Shown here one piece after another: positions 18,976 to 28,608 of a DNA stretch of 64,000 bases. The notes beneath the pieces were generated by a model. The model worked only from the letters and a program-made list of their open reading frames with translations, ran no database searches and had not been told where the DNA came from. The stretch covers positions 1,600,001-1,664,000 of the forward strand of contig OY969474.1 of NCBI GenBank assembly GCA_963700145.1. Direction: 5' to 3'. The position numbers and the translations under genes were made by a program. Position 1 is the stretch's first letter. Each line of letters opens with the position of its first letter. This stretch comes from an uncultured Acidobacteriota bacterium. GTDB taxonomy: Bacteria; Acidobacteriota; Thermoanaerobaculia; Multivoradales; UBA5704.

Positions 18976-20100
18976 ATGGAACGCTCGACCGCCCTCCGCA
19001 CCCCCCGCCCCGCCGAGGAGATGGCCTTCCAGCCGCTCCTGGACTCCTTCCGCGGGCGCCTGGACCGCGAGCTGGCCGCCTTTCTGGCGCGCAAGCGCGA
19101 GGCGGCCGGAGCCGCCGAGGCGCTGGAGCTGGTTGACGGGGTGGCGCGCCTGGTGGCGCAGGGGGGCAAGCGCCTCCGCCCGGCCCTGGTGCTGGCCGCC
19201 TACCGGGCCTGCGGCGGCCGGCGGGAGGAGGCGGCGCTGCCGCTCGCGCTCTCGACCGAGCTGCTCCACACCTACCTCCTGATCCACGACGACATCATGG
19301 ACCACTCCGAGGTGCGCCGCGGCGAGCCGGCGGCCCACGTCCGCTTCGCCGACAGCCACGCCGCGCGCGGCTTCCGCGGCGACGCGGGCGACTTCGGCCG
19401 CTCGGCGGCGATCCTGGTCGGCGACCTCGCCCACACCTGGGCGGTGGAGCTGTTCGGCGCGGCTGCCGACCTGGTGCCGGACCCCGAACGCCGGCTTGCC
19501 CTGCGCGGCGCCTTCTCGGCGATGGCCGAGGAAGTGATCGCCGGGCAGTACCTGGAGATCCAAGTCGGGCTGCGGCCACGCTCCGAGGGAACGATCGAGG
19601 ACGAGCTGCTCCGCGTCCTCCGCCTCAAGTCGGGCCGCTACACCGCCGAGCGGCCGATCCAGCTGGGCGCCCTGCTGGCCGGCGCTCCGTCCGGCCTGCT
19701 CGATCTCTTGTCCCGCTACGGCGCCGCCGTCGGCGAGGCCTTCCAGCTCCAGGACGACCTCCTGGGCACGTTCGGCGACGCGGAAACGGTCGGCAAGCCG
19801 GTCGGCGCCGACCTGCGCGAAGGCAAGTACACGTTCCTCGTCCACCACGCGCTCGAGGCATCCTCCCCCGCCCAGCTCCGTCTGCTCAGCGACGCCCTCG
19901 GCGACCACGACCTCACCGCTGACCGGCTCGCCGCCGTCCGCCGCGCCCTCGAGGAGACCGGCGCCCGCGCCCGCGTCGAGGCCATGGTCGAGGAGCGCCT
20001 GCAGGTCGCCGCCGCCGCCCTCGAAGGCCTGCCGCTGGCGCCCGAGGGGGGCGCCTTCCTCGCCGGCCTCCTCGACTGGCTCTGGGAGCGAGAGCAGTGA
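18976..20100 (+). CDS. Polyprenyl diphosphate synthase (FPP/GGPP synthase)
   Basis: GGKRLRP, FARM HDDIMD..RRG, GQ..E, KS, SARM QLQDDLLG, GKPVGADLREGK. Confidence 0.95.
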   Translation: MERSTALRTPRPAEEMAFQPLLDSFRGRLDRELAAFLARKREAAGAAEALELVDGVARLVAQGGKRLRPALVLAAYRACGGRREEAALPLALSTELLHTYLLIHDDIMDHSEVRRGEPAAHVRFADSHAARGFRGDAGDFGRSAAILVGDLAHTWAVELFGAAADLVPDPERRLALRGAFSAMAEEVIAGQYLEIQVGLRPRSEGTIEDELLRVLRLKSGRYTAERPIQLGALLAGAPSGLLDLLSRYGAAVGEAFQLQDDLLGTFGDAETVGKPVGADLREGKYTFLVHHALEASSPAQLRLLSDALGDHDLTADRLAAVRRALEETGARARVEAMVEERLQVAAAALEGLPLAPEGGAFLAGLLDWLWEREQ

Positions 20101-21131
20101 AGCTCGCCCCCTGGGCCGCCGATCTCGGCCGCGACCGCAAGGCCGAGCACATCCGGCTCGCCCTCGAAGGCCGCATGCAGGGCACCGGCGGCGCCTTCGA
20201 CCGCTACCGCTTCGAGCACCAGGCCCTCCCCGAGCTCGACTTCGACGAGATCGACCTCTCGACCACCTTCCTCGGCAAGCCCCTGGCCGCCCCGCTCCTC
20301 GTCTCCTGCATGACCGGCGGCACCGAGATCGCGGCGCGGATCAACCGCCACCTGGCGCTCGGGGCCGAGCGGGTGGGGCTGGCGCTTGGCGTCGGCTCGC
20401 AGCGCAAAGCGTTGGAGGATCGGACGAAAGCTGATACCTTCCGCGTCCGCGACGCCGCGCCGTCCGTCCCCCTCCTGGCCAACCTGGGCGCCGTCCAGCT
20501 CAACTATGGGGTGGGGGCGGCCGAGTGCGAGGCGGCGGTGGCGATGATCGGGGCCGACGCCCTGGCCTTCCACCTCAACCCGCTGCAGGAGGCCATCCAG
20601 CCGGAGGGGCAGCGCGACTTCCGGGGGCTGGTCGCCAAGCTCGGCGAGGTGGCGCGGGGGCTCTCGGTGCCGGCGATCGCCAAGGAGATCGGCAGCGGCC
20701 TCTCGGCGCGCGCCGCACGGGCGCTCCACGACGAGGGGTTCCGGATCTTCGACACCGCCGGCAGCGGCGGCACGAGCTGGGCGCGGATCGAGGGGGAGCG
20801 GGCGGGGGACCCGGACCTGGGCGAGGTCTTCGCCGACTGGGGCATCCCGACGCCGGAGTCGATCCGGGCGCTGGCCGAGCTGCCGGGCATCACGTTGATC
20901 GGCAGCGGCGGCGTGCGCAACGGCGTCGACGCGGCCAAGGCGATCGCGCTGGGCGCGGATCTCGTGGGGCTGGCCTACCCGTTCCTGGAGGCCGCCAGCG
21001 AGTCGGCCGAGCGGGTCGTCGAGCGGGCCGAGCGGATCGTGCGCGAGCTCAAGATCGCCATGTTCTGCCTCGGCGCCAAGGACCTGGCGGCGCTCAAGGC
21101 CGCGACGCTGCACGGAAGGGCCGACCAATGA
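20097..21131 (+). CDS. fni: Type 2 isopentenyl-diphosphate delta-isomerase (FMN)
   Basis: RKAEHI, MTGG, GSQR, HLNPLQE..QPEG, KEIG, GGTSW, SGGVR. Confidence 0.95.
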   Translation: MKLAPWAADLGRDRKAEHIRLALEGRMQGTGGAFDRYRFEHQALPELDFDEIDLSTTFLGKPLAAPLLVSCMTGGTEIAARINRHLALGAERVGLALGVGSQRKALEDRTKADTFRVRDAAPSVPLLANLGAVQLNYGVGAAECEAAVAMIGADALAFHLNPLQEAIQPEGQRDFRGLVAKLGEVARGLSVPAIAKEIGSGLSARAARALHDEGFRIFDTAGSGGTSWARIEGERAGDPDLGEVFADWGIPTPESIRALAELPGITLIGSGGVRNGVDAAKAIALGADLVGLAYPFLEAASESAERVVERAERIVRELKIAMFCLGAKDLAALKAATLHGRADQ

Positions 21132-22423
21132 GCCAGATCAAGCCCGTCGATCCCGTCCCCCCCGCGAGCCACTCGCGCGAAGAGCTGGTGCGTTCGCTGG
21201 TCTCCGGCGAGCGCCGCTTCCACGAGCTGCCGCGCGACCTCCCCGCCGGCGAGGCCGCCGAGGTCCGTCGCCAGGCCCTCGAGGAGATGACCCAGGCCGA
21301 GCTCAAGCACGTCGGCCACCACTCCCTCGACGTCTGCCGGGCCTCCTACCGCCACTGCGAGAACTTCATCGGCGTGGCGCAGGTACCGATGGGGGTGGTG
21401 GGGCCGCTGCGGGTGCGCGGCGAGCGGCTCGACGGCGAGGTCTACGTGCCGCTGGCGACGACCGAGGCGGCGCTCATCGCCTCGACCAACCGCGGGTGCG
21501 CCGCGCTGCGCGCCGCCGGCGGCGTCGTGGTGCGGGTCGAGGACGTGGGGATGACCCGCGCGCCGGTCTTCCGCACCTCCGGCGTCATCCAGACGCAGCA
21601 GTTCGTGCGCTGGATCCGCGAGCACGACGCCGAGCTGCGGAAGGTGGCCGAGGGGACCAGCCGCTACTTGAAGCTCCTCGACGTCCGCCCCTTCGCCTTC
21701 GGCACCACGGTCTTCCTCCGCTTCCGCTTCGACGCCGGCGACGCCATGGGCATGAACATGGCGACGATCGCCTGCGACCGCATGGTCAGCGAGCTGATCG
21801 AGCCGCAGACGGGCGTCCCCTGCATCGCCCTGTCGGGCAACTACTGCACCGACAAGAAGCCGGCCGGCATCAACTTCCAGGAGGGGCGCGGCAAGCGGAT
21901 CTACGCCGAGATCCTGCTCGACGGCGAAGTGCTGCACAGCTACCTCAAGACCGATTCGCGCTCGCTCGTCGAGGCGCAGTACCGCAAGAACCTGCTGGGA
22001 TCGGTGGCGGCCGGGTCGCTCGGCTTCAACGCCCACTTCGCCAACGTGCTGGCGGCCTTCTTCATCGCCACCGGGCAGGACGCGGCGCACGTCGTCGAAG
22101 GGTCGCTCGGGGTCACCTGCATCGAGCCGCGCGGCCCCGAGGGGGTCTTCGCCTCGGTCTTCCTCCCCGACGTGCCGCTCGGCGCCATCGGCGGCGGCAC
22201 CGCGCTCGACACCCAGCGCGAGGCGCTGGCGGTGATGGGGGTCTCCCCCGACCCGCAGCGGCGCGGCGACGCGGTGATCCGCTTGGCCGAGATCTGCGGC
22301 GCCGTGGTGCTCGCCGGCGAGATCTCGCTGATGGCCGCCTTCACCTCGCAGGACCTGGCGCGCGCCCACGAGCGCCTGGGCCGCGGCGCCGCCGCGCCCG
22401 ACCTGCCGCTGCTGCCGACCTAG
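21128..22423 (+). CDS. hmgA: Class I (NADPH) HMG-CoA reductase
   Basis: CENFIG, PLATTE, MTRAP, GDAMGMNM, LSGNYCTDKK, GQD, GGGT, C-terminal His; ATG overlaps fni stop. Confidence 0.95.
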   Translation: MSQIKPVDPVPPASHSREELVRSLVSGERRFHELPRDLPAGEAAEVRRQALEEMTQAELKHVGHHSLDVCRASYRHCENFIGVAQVPMGVVGPLRVRGERLDGEVYVPLATTEAALIASTNRGCAALRAAGGVVVRVEDVGMTRAPVFRTSGVIQTQQFVRWIREHDAELRKVAEGTSRYLKLLDVRPFAFGTTVFLRFRFDAGDAMGMNMATIACDRMVSELIEPQTGVPCIALSGNYCTDKKPAGINFQEGRGKRIYAEILLDGEVLHSYLKTDSRSLVEAQYRKNLLGSVAAGSLGFNAHFANVLAAFFIATGQDAAHVVEGSLGVTCIEPRGPEGVFASVFLPDVPLGAIGGGTALDTQREALAVMGVSPDPQRRGDAVIRLAEICGAVVLAGEISLMAAFTSQDLARAHERLGRGAAAPDLPLLPT

Positions 22424-22439
22424 CCCGGGAGGGCCCCGC

Positions 22440-23519
22440 TTGCCGGCGGTCGCGGTCTCCACACCTGGCAAGCTCATCCTCATCGGCGAGCACGCCGCCG
22501 TCTACGGTCGCCCCGCGCTCGTCGCGGCCGTGGACCGCCGCCTGACCGCCCGCCTGACGCCGCGTCTCGCCGGCGGGGTCGAGCTCGATCTTCCCCAGGT
22601 CGGCTACCGCGAAGAGCTCTCCTGGAGCGACCTCCTCGCCTACGCGCGCGAGGTCCGCGAGCGCTGGGAGCGCTACGCCGCCGAGCCCGGCGCCGCCGCC
22701 TTCCAGGCGGTACGCGGCGGCGACCCGGCGCACGTCGTCAAGGTCGCGCTCGGCGAGGCGGCCGAGGCGCTGGGCGAGGCCGGCGGCCCGCCGCTCCACC
22801 TACGCATCGACTCCCAGCTCCCGATCGGCTCCGGCTTCGGCAGCTCGGCGGCCACGGCGGTGGCGGTGGTGGCGGGGTACCTCGCCTTCCGCGGCGCCGA
22901 CGCCGGCCCGGAGGCCGTCCGCCGGCTGGCGCTGGAGGTCGAGCGCCGCCAGCACGGCATGCCCTCGGGGGTGGACGGCGCCACGGTCTTCGAGGGCGGC
23001 GTCCTCTGGGCGCGCCGCACGGCGGACGGCGGCCTCGAGAGCGAGCCGGTCGAGGCGCGCTCGCCGCTCCTCGCGGCGCTCCGCGTCTACGACACCGGCG
23101 CCCCTCCCGAGCCCACCGGGGCGGTCGTGGCGGCGGTGCGCGACCGCTGGCAGGGCGACCCGGCAGGCCTGGACCGCCTCCTCGACGGGATCGAGGCGGC
23201 GACCCGCGCCCTCCGCGCCGAGCTGGAGCGGGAGCGCGCGGACCCGGCGGCCGCCGTCCCCCTCCTGCGCGAGGCCGAGGCCTGCCTGGAGGAGCTGGGG
23301 GTGGTGCCGCCGGCGGTGCGCGAGCTGGCGCGGCGGGTCGAGGCCGAGGGGGGGGCGGCCAAGGTCTCGGGGGCGGGCTCCCTCGCCGGTCCGGCCGCCG
23401 GCTGCCTCCTCGTCTACCATCCCGACCCGGGCCGGATCCCGACCTGGCCCTTTCTTCGCAGGCTCTCTCATCTTCCGGTCGCCTTGGGGGCGGCCGGCTG
23501 CCGCCGGGAGGCGGCCTGA
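22440..23519 (+). CDS. mvk: Mevalonate kinase
   Basis: PGKLILIGEHAAVYG, PIGSGFGSSAA, HG.PSGVD, KVSGAG. Confidence 0.9.
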   Translation: MPAVAVSTPGKLILIGEHAAVYGRPALVAAVDRRLTARLTPRLAGGVELDLPQVGYREELSWSDLLAYAREVRERWERYAAEPGAAAFQAVRGGDPAHVVKVALGEAAEALGEAGGPPLHLRIDSQLPIGSGFGSSAATAVAVVAGYLAFRGADAGPEAVRRLALEVERRQHGMPSGVDGATVFEGGVLWARRTADGGLESEPVEARSPLLAALRVYDTGAPPEPTGAVVAAVRDRWQGDPAGLDRLLDGIEAATRALRAELERERADPAAAVPLLREAEACLEELGVVPPAVRELARRVEAEGGAAKVSGAGSLAGPAAGCLLVYHPDPGRIPTWPFLRRLSHLPVALGAAGCRREAA

Positions 23520-24524
23520 ATGCTCAAGGCCACGATCGCCGCGCCCGCCAACATCGCCTTCATCAAGTACTGGGGCGCGAAGGACTTAGACCACGCGATC
23601 CCGAACAACCCGTCGATCTCGATGACGCTGTCGCGCTGCGTCTCGAACTGCACCGTCGAGCCGCTCGGCGGCGACGCCCGGGAGGACGAGGTCTGGCTGG
23701 CGCAGAGCGGCGGCGGCTTCGCCACCCCGGCCCACGGCTTCGGCGAGAAGGTGCGGGCGCAGCTCGACCGGGTGCGCGAGTGGTCGGGCTGGGAGGGGCG
23801 CTTCCGGGTGGCCACGCGCACCGAGTTCCCGAGCGCCGCCGGGCTCGCCTCGTCGGCGTCGGGCTTCGCGGCCTTGACGCTCGCCAGCGTCGCCGCCCTC
23901 GACCGCATGGCGACGCCGCAGGAGCTCTCGGCGCTGGCCCGCCGCAGCGGCTCGGGGTCGGCGGCGCGCTCCTGCTTCGGCGGCTACGTCGAGTGGCCGG
24001 CGGGCGGGCCCGACGACGACCCCTGGGCCGGCGCCCTGGCGAGCGCCGACGACTGGGACCTGCGCGACGTGATCGCGGTGGTGGAGATCGGGCCGAAGAC
24101 GATCCCGTCGCTGGAGGGGCACCGGCGGGCACCGACCAGCCCCTACTACAAGCGGCGGCTGGAGCTGCTGCCGGAGCGGCTGGAGCGCACGCGGCTGGCG
24201 ATCAAGGAGCGGGACCTTTCGCTGCTCGGGCCGGCGCTGGAGGAGGAGGCGATCGATCTGCACTTGATCGCGATGTCGTCGCGGCCGCCGGTCTTTTACT
24301 GGAGCTCGGGGACGGTGGAGGTGCTGCGGTTGATCCGGGAGATGCGGCAGGAGGGGGTGGAGGCGTGGGCGACGATGGACGCGGGCGCGAACGTGCACGT
24401 GATCTGTACGCCGGAGGCGGAGGATGACGTGGCGGAGCGGTTGGAGGAGCTGCCGGCGGTGGGGTTCGTGATCCGCGACTGCGTGGGGTCTGGGCCTAGT
24501 CGGGAGATTGAGCATCTGTTCTGA
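23520..24524 (+). CDS. mvaD: Mevalonate (di)phosphate decarboxylase, probably phosphomevalonate decarboxylase
   Basis: ANIAFIKYWGAK, PSISMTL, FPSAAGLASSASG, RRSGSGSAARS, TMDAGANV. Confidence 0.9.
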   Translation: MLKATIAAPANIAFIKYWGAKDLDHAIPNNPSISMTLSRCVSNCTVEPLGGDAREDEVWLAQSGGGFATPAHGFGEKVRAQLDRVREWSGWEGRFRVATRTEFPSAAGLASSASGFAALTLASVAALDRMATPQELSALARRSGSGSAARSCFGGYVEWPAGGPDDDPWAGALASADDWDLRDVIAVVEIGPKTIPSLEGHRRAPTSPYYKRRLELLPERLERTRLAIKERDLSLLGPALEEEAIDLHLIAMSSRPPVFYWSSGTVEVLRLIREMRQEGVEAWATMDAGANVHVICTPEAEDDVAERLEELPAVGFVIRDCVGSGPSREIEHLF

Positions 24525-24544
24525 GGGGGGATCGCGCGATCACC

Positions 24545-24703
24545 GCCCGCCGGGTGCGCTCCCCTACGGCACCGGCGCGCGAGTTGAGGACTTCGGATCT
24601 GAGTCGCGCGCCTCCGGTTCGCTGCGCGCCGGATCGGTGGCGGACTGCGGTGGGGTTGCCGGCGCTGGCTCACAGGTGCCTCCGGGGAGCGCACCCGGCG
24701 GGC
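24545..24703 (+). repeat. ~160-bp long-stem intergenic element, copy A
   Basis: Perfect 20-bp terminal IR GCCCGCCGGGTGCGCTCCCC / GGGGAGCGCACCCGGCGGGC; core shared with 39699-39863 and 44485-44650. Confidence 0.75.
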
Positions 24704-24726
24704 TACCGTCGTGGTGAACCCTTGCA

Positions 24727-24762
24727 TGTCATCCTGAGCGAAGCGAAGGATCTGGGCGGGGG
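24727..24762 (+). repeat. CGTC-type REP-like repeat
   Basis: TGTCATCCTGAGCGAAGCGAAGGATCTGGGCGGGGG; further copies at 26521 and 39630. Confidence 0.8.
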
Positions 24763-24767
24763 AAGCT

Positions 24768-25553
24768 GTGGCTGACATCACCCTATTGAAGCTCGGCGGT
24801 AGCCTGATCACGGAGAAGGAGCGGGCTCGGACTGCGCGAGGGGAGGTAATCCGGCGGCTGGCGGGGGAGATCGTCGCGGCCGGGGCGGGGGGCTTGGTGC
24901 TCGGGCATGGGAGTGGGTCGTTCGGGCATGTGGCGGCGGCGCGGGCGGGCTTGGGGAGCGGGCCGGTGGCGCGGGAAAACCTGGACGGCGTGGCGGACAC
25001 GCAAGCGGAGGCGGCGGAGCTGCATCGGATGGTCGTCGTGGCGTTGCGGGAAGCGGGAGCGCGACCGTTTTCGTTCGTGCCGGGGAGCTTCTTGGTGGGA
25101 AGGAGCGGGCATGAGCACGGAGTGTTGCCGCCTGCGCTGCCGGTGGCGCTGCGCTCGGGCTTCCTCCCCGTGGTCTACGGCGACGTGGTTCTGGACACCG
25201 AGTGGGGCGCCGCGATCGTCTCGACGGAGGTCGTCTTCATCTTCCTCGCCCGCGAGCTGTTGGCCGCCGGCTTCACTGTCCGCCGCGCGATCTGGCTCGG
25301 CGAAACGGCCGGCCTCCTCGACTCCGCCGGTCGTACCATCCCTGAAATTCATCCCGACGATTGGGACACCGCCGTCAGGGCGCTCAGGTCCCCACGAGGC
25401 ACCGACGTCACCGGCGGCATGGGCCTCCGTCTCGTCGCCGCCGCCGCCCTGTCGGATGACGGCATCCCTTCGCTCCTCGCCGACGGCACCGTCCCCGGGC
25501 TCCTGGAGCGCGCCCTTCGCGGCGAGATGGTGCCGGGCACGCTGATAGGCTGA
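24768..25553 (+). CDS. ipk: Isopentenyl phosphate kinase
   Basis: Amino-acid-kinase fold: LKLGGSLITEK, HGSGSFGH (IPK His), PVVYGDV, DVTGGM; inside the mevalonate cluster. Confidence 0.9.
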   Translation: MADITLLKLGGSLITEKERARTARGEVIRRLAGEIVAAGAGGLVLGHGSGSFGHVAAARAGLGSGPVARENLDGVADTQAEAAELHRMVVVALREAGARPFSFVPGSFLVGRSGHEHGVLPPALPVALRSGFLPVVYGDVVLDTEWGAAIVSTEVVFIFLARELLAAGFTVRRAIWLGETAGLLDSAGRTIPEIHPDDWDTAVRALRSPRGTDVTGGMGLRLVAAAALSDDGIPSLLADGTVPGLLERALRGEMVPGTLIG

Positions 25554-25561
25554 CTGCGGCG

Positions 25562-26512
25562 ATGGCCGACCTCGACGCGCACCTGCTCAAGACGAGCCGC
25601 ACGTTTGCGCTCTGCATCCCGCGGCTGGGGCAGCCGACGCGGCGGGAGGTGACGCTCGCCTATCTCCTGCTGCGGGTCGCCGACACGTTCGAGGACGCGG
25701 CCGCCTGGCCGCGGGCGCGGCGGATCGAGGCGCTGGAGCGGTTCGGCGCGCTCCTCGCGCGGCGCGCGCCCGAGGAGACGGCGGCGCAGGCTGCGGTCTG
25801 GGCGGAGGAGGTCCCCTGCGCCTGGCTGGCGTACCGGGAGCTGCTGGCCGACCTGCCCGAGGTGCTCGACGCCTTCTTCGGCCTGGCGCCGCCGGCGGTG
25901 GAGCTCATCCGCGCCCACATGCTACGCACGATCCGCGGCATGGCGGGGTACGTGGCGCGCACCGACGGCGCCGGCGAGCTGCGGCTGGCCGACCTCGCCG
26001 ACCTGCGCGGCTACTGCTACGTGGTGGCGGGGATCGTCGGCGAGCTGCTGACCGAGCTCTACCTGCTCGAGCGGCCGGAGCTCGCGGCGGTGGCGCCGCG
26101 GCTGCGCGAGCGGGCGCCGTTCTTCGGCGAGGGGCTGCAGCTCGTCAACATCCTCAAGGACTCGGCGTCCGACGCGGTCGAGGGGCGCTGCTATCTGCCG
26201 GCGGCGGTGGACCGCGCCGAGGCGCTGGCGCTGGCGCGCGAGGACCTGCGAGCGGCGGCCGAGTACGTGCTGGCGCTCCAGGCCGCCGGCGCCGAGCGCG
26301 GCCTGGTGGCCTTCAACGCCCTGCCGGCCGAGCTGGCGCTCGCCACGCTCGACCGCGTCGAGGCCGCCGGCCCCGGCGCCAAGCTCACCCGCCGCGAGGT
26401 CTTCGACATCGTCGACCGCGTCAACCAGGCCCTCGAGCGCGATGCCCCGGCCGTCTCCCCCGCCGTCTGGAACCCGGCGCAAGCCGCAACCGCCCCTCGC
26501 GCCGCGCACTAA
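25562..26512 (+). CDS. Squalene/phytoene synthase family head-to-head prenyltransferase
   Basis: SRTFAL, YLLLRVADTFED, YCYVVAGIVG, GLQLVNILKD...D..EGRCYLP. Confidence 0.92.
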   Translation: MADLDAHLLKTSRTFALCIPRLGQPTRREVTLAYLLLRVADTFEDAAAWPRARRIEALERFGALLARRAPEETAAQAAVWAEEVPCAWLAYRELLADLPEVLDAFFGLAPPAVELIRAHMLRTIRGMAGYVARTDGAGELRLADLADLRGYCYVVAGIVGELLTELYLLERPELAAVAPRLRERAPFFGEGLQLVNILKDSASDAVEGRCYLPAAVDRAEALALAREDLRAAAEYVLALQAAGAERGLVAFNALPAELALATLDRVEAAGPGAKLTRREVFDIVDRVNQALERDAPAVSPAVWNPAQAATAPRAAH

Positions 26513-26520
26513 CCTTAGCC

Positions 26521-26556
26521 CGTCATCCCGAGCGCAGCGAGGGATCTGGGCGGGGG
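26521..26556 (+). repeat. CGTC-type REP-like repeat
   Basis: CGTCATCCCGAGCGCAGCGAGGGATCTGGGCGGGGG. Confidence 0.75.
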
Positions 26557-26598
26557 CGCCGTCATGCCCGTCACTATAATCCGCCGCCGGAGGTGCCG

Positions 26599-28495
26599 AT
26601 GGCCCGCGTGCTCGATCTACCGCTCGTCGCTCCCCTGCTCTTCTCCTTCGCCGCCCTCCTCTGCGCCTGCGCCGGCGCGCCCGCGCCGGCGCCCTCCGGC
26701 TCCTCCACGCCGGCCGCCGCGCCCGCCGTCCAGGACCCTCACTCCTACGCCAAGCCCCAGGAGGTCGCCGTCGAGCACCTCGGGCTCGACCTCACGGTCG
26801 ACTTCCCGCGCAAGCAGCTCGCCGGGCGCGCCAGCCTCCGCATTCGCAACCGCACCGGCGCCACCCGGCTCCACCTCGACACCCGCGACCTCGACGTCCG
26901 CCGCATCCTCCTCGACGGCGGCACCGAGGCGCGCTTCACCCTCGGCGACCCCAAGCCCTTCCTCGGCCGCGAGCTGACCGTCGAGATCGCGCCCGACACG
27001 CGCGTCGTCCACATCGACTACGCCACCAGCGCCGACGCGGCCGCCCTGCAGTGGCTGGAGCCGCGGCAGACCTCGGGCGAGCACCCGTTCCTCTTCACCC
27101 AGTCGCAGGCGATCCTCGCCCGCACCTGGGTGCCGCTCCAGGACACGCCGAGCGTGCGCATGACCTACGAGGCGACCGTGCGCGTGCCGCCCGAGCTGAT
27201 GGCGGTGATGAGCGCCGAGAACCCGACGGCGAAGTCCGCCGACGGCGTCTACCGCTTCCGCATGCCGCAGGCCATCCCCTCCTACCTCCTGGCGCTCGCC
27301 GTCGGCGACCTCGCCTTCCGGCCGCTCGGCGACCGCGCCGGCGTCTACGCCGAGCCGGCGGTCGTCGAGCGCGCCGCCTGGGAGCTGGCCGACACCCCGA
27401 AGATGATCGCCGCCGCCGAGAAGCTCTACGGCCCCTACCGCTGGGGACGCTACGACGTGCTGGTGCTGCCGCCGAGCTTCCCCTTCGGCGGCATGGAGAA
27501 CCCGCGCCTCACCTTCGCCACGCCGACGATCCTGGCCGGCGACCGGTCGCTCGTGTCCCTCGTGGCGCACGAGCTGGCCCACTCATGGTCGGGGAACCTG
27601 GTGACCAACGCCACCTGGAACGACTTCTGGCTCAACGAGGGGTTCACCGTCTACTTCGAGAACCGCATCATGGAAGCGCTCTACGGCCGCTCGTACTCCG
27701 AGATGCTCGCGGCCCTCGGGCGTGGCGACCTCCTCGAGACGATCGAGGAGCTGGGCGCGGACAGCCCGGACACGCGGCTCAAGCTCGAACTCACCGGCCG
27801 CGACCCGGACGACGGGGTCACCGACGTCGCCTACGAGAAGGGGTATTTCCTGCTGCGGCGGATCGAGGAGGTCGTAGGGCGGAAGCCCTTCGACAAGTTC
27901 GTCAGCTCCTACTTCCAGCGCCACGCCTTCCGCTCGATGGACACCGAGACCTTCCTCGCCCTCCTCGACCGCGAGCTCCTCGCCAAGCACCCGGAGCTAA
28001 AGGCCGAGGTACGCCAGTGGGTCTACGAGCCGGGCCTCCCGGCGACCGCGCCGCAGCCCAAGTCCGACGCCTTCGCCAAGGTCGAGGCGCAAGCGCAGGC
28101 GTTCGCGGCCGGCACCCCGGCGGCCGACGCTCGCGACGCAGGGCTGGTCCACCCACGAGTGGCTCCACTTCCTCCGCACCCTCCCCGACCCGCTTCCCGC
28201 CGAGCGCATGGCCGACCTCGACCAGACCTTCAAGCTCTCCGACAGCGGCAACTCCGAGGTCCTCGCCGCCTGGCTGGAGAAAGTCATCGCCAGCAGCTAC
28301 GCCCCCGCCTACCCCGCCCTCGAGCGCTTCCTCACCGGCATGGGCCGGCGGAAGTTCCTCCAGCCGCTCTACACAGCGTTGGCGAAGACCCCCGCCGGCG
28401 CCGAACTGGCGCTCCATATCTACGAGAAGGCGAGGCCGGGGTACCACACGGTGTCGCGGCAGACGATTGACAAGATTCTGGACTGGCGGGGGTGA
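26599..28495 (+). CDS. M1 aminopeptidase / leukotriene A4 hydrolase-like, with a frameshift near 28128
   Basis: Lipoprotein-like signal, GGMENP, HELAHSW...WLNEG; the C-terminal domain (WSTHEWLHFL...GRRKFL.PLY) continues in the +1 frame to 28495. Confidence 0.88.
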
Positions 28496-28608
28496 GGGTC
28501 GCGATCTGAACGCTTCGCACGGGAACACCGACCGCGATATCTTGCAAGCGATTGGCCTTGCAGTCGTCAACTACTCGCACGTGGAAGAGGCCCTTCCGTG
28601 ACGGCGAC

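Noticed and set aside
28110-28150. Programmed frameshift in the M1 peptidase
   Set aside because: No slippery sequence or evident stimulatory structure
28520-28601. Short protein-like fragment DRDILQAIGLAVVNYSHVEEAL
   Set aside because: No start codon and too short to assign; likely debris at the island boundary
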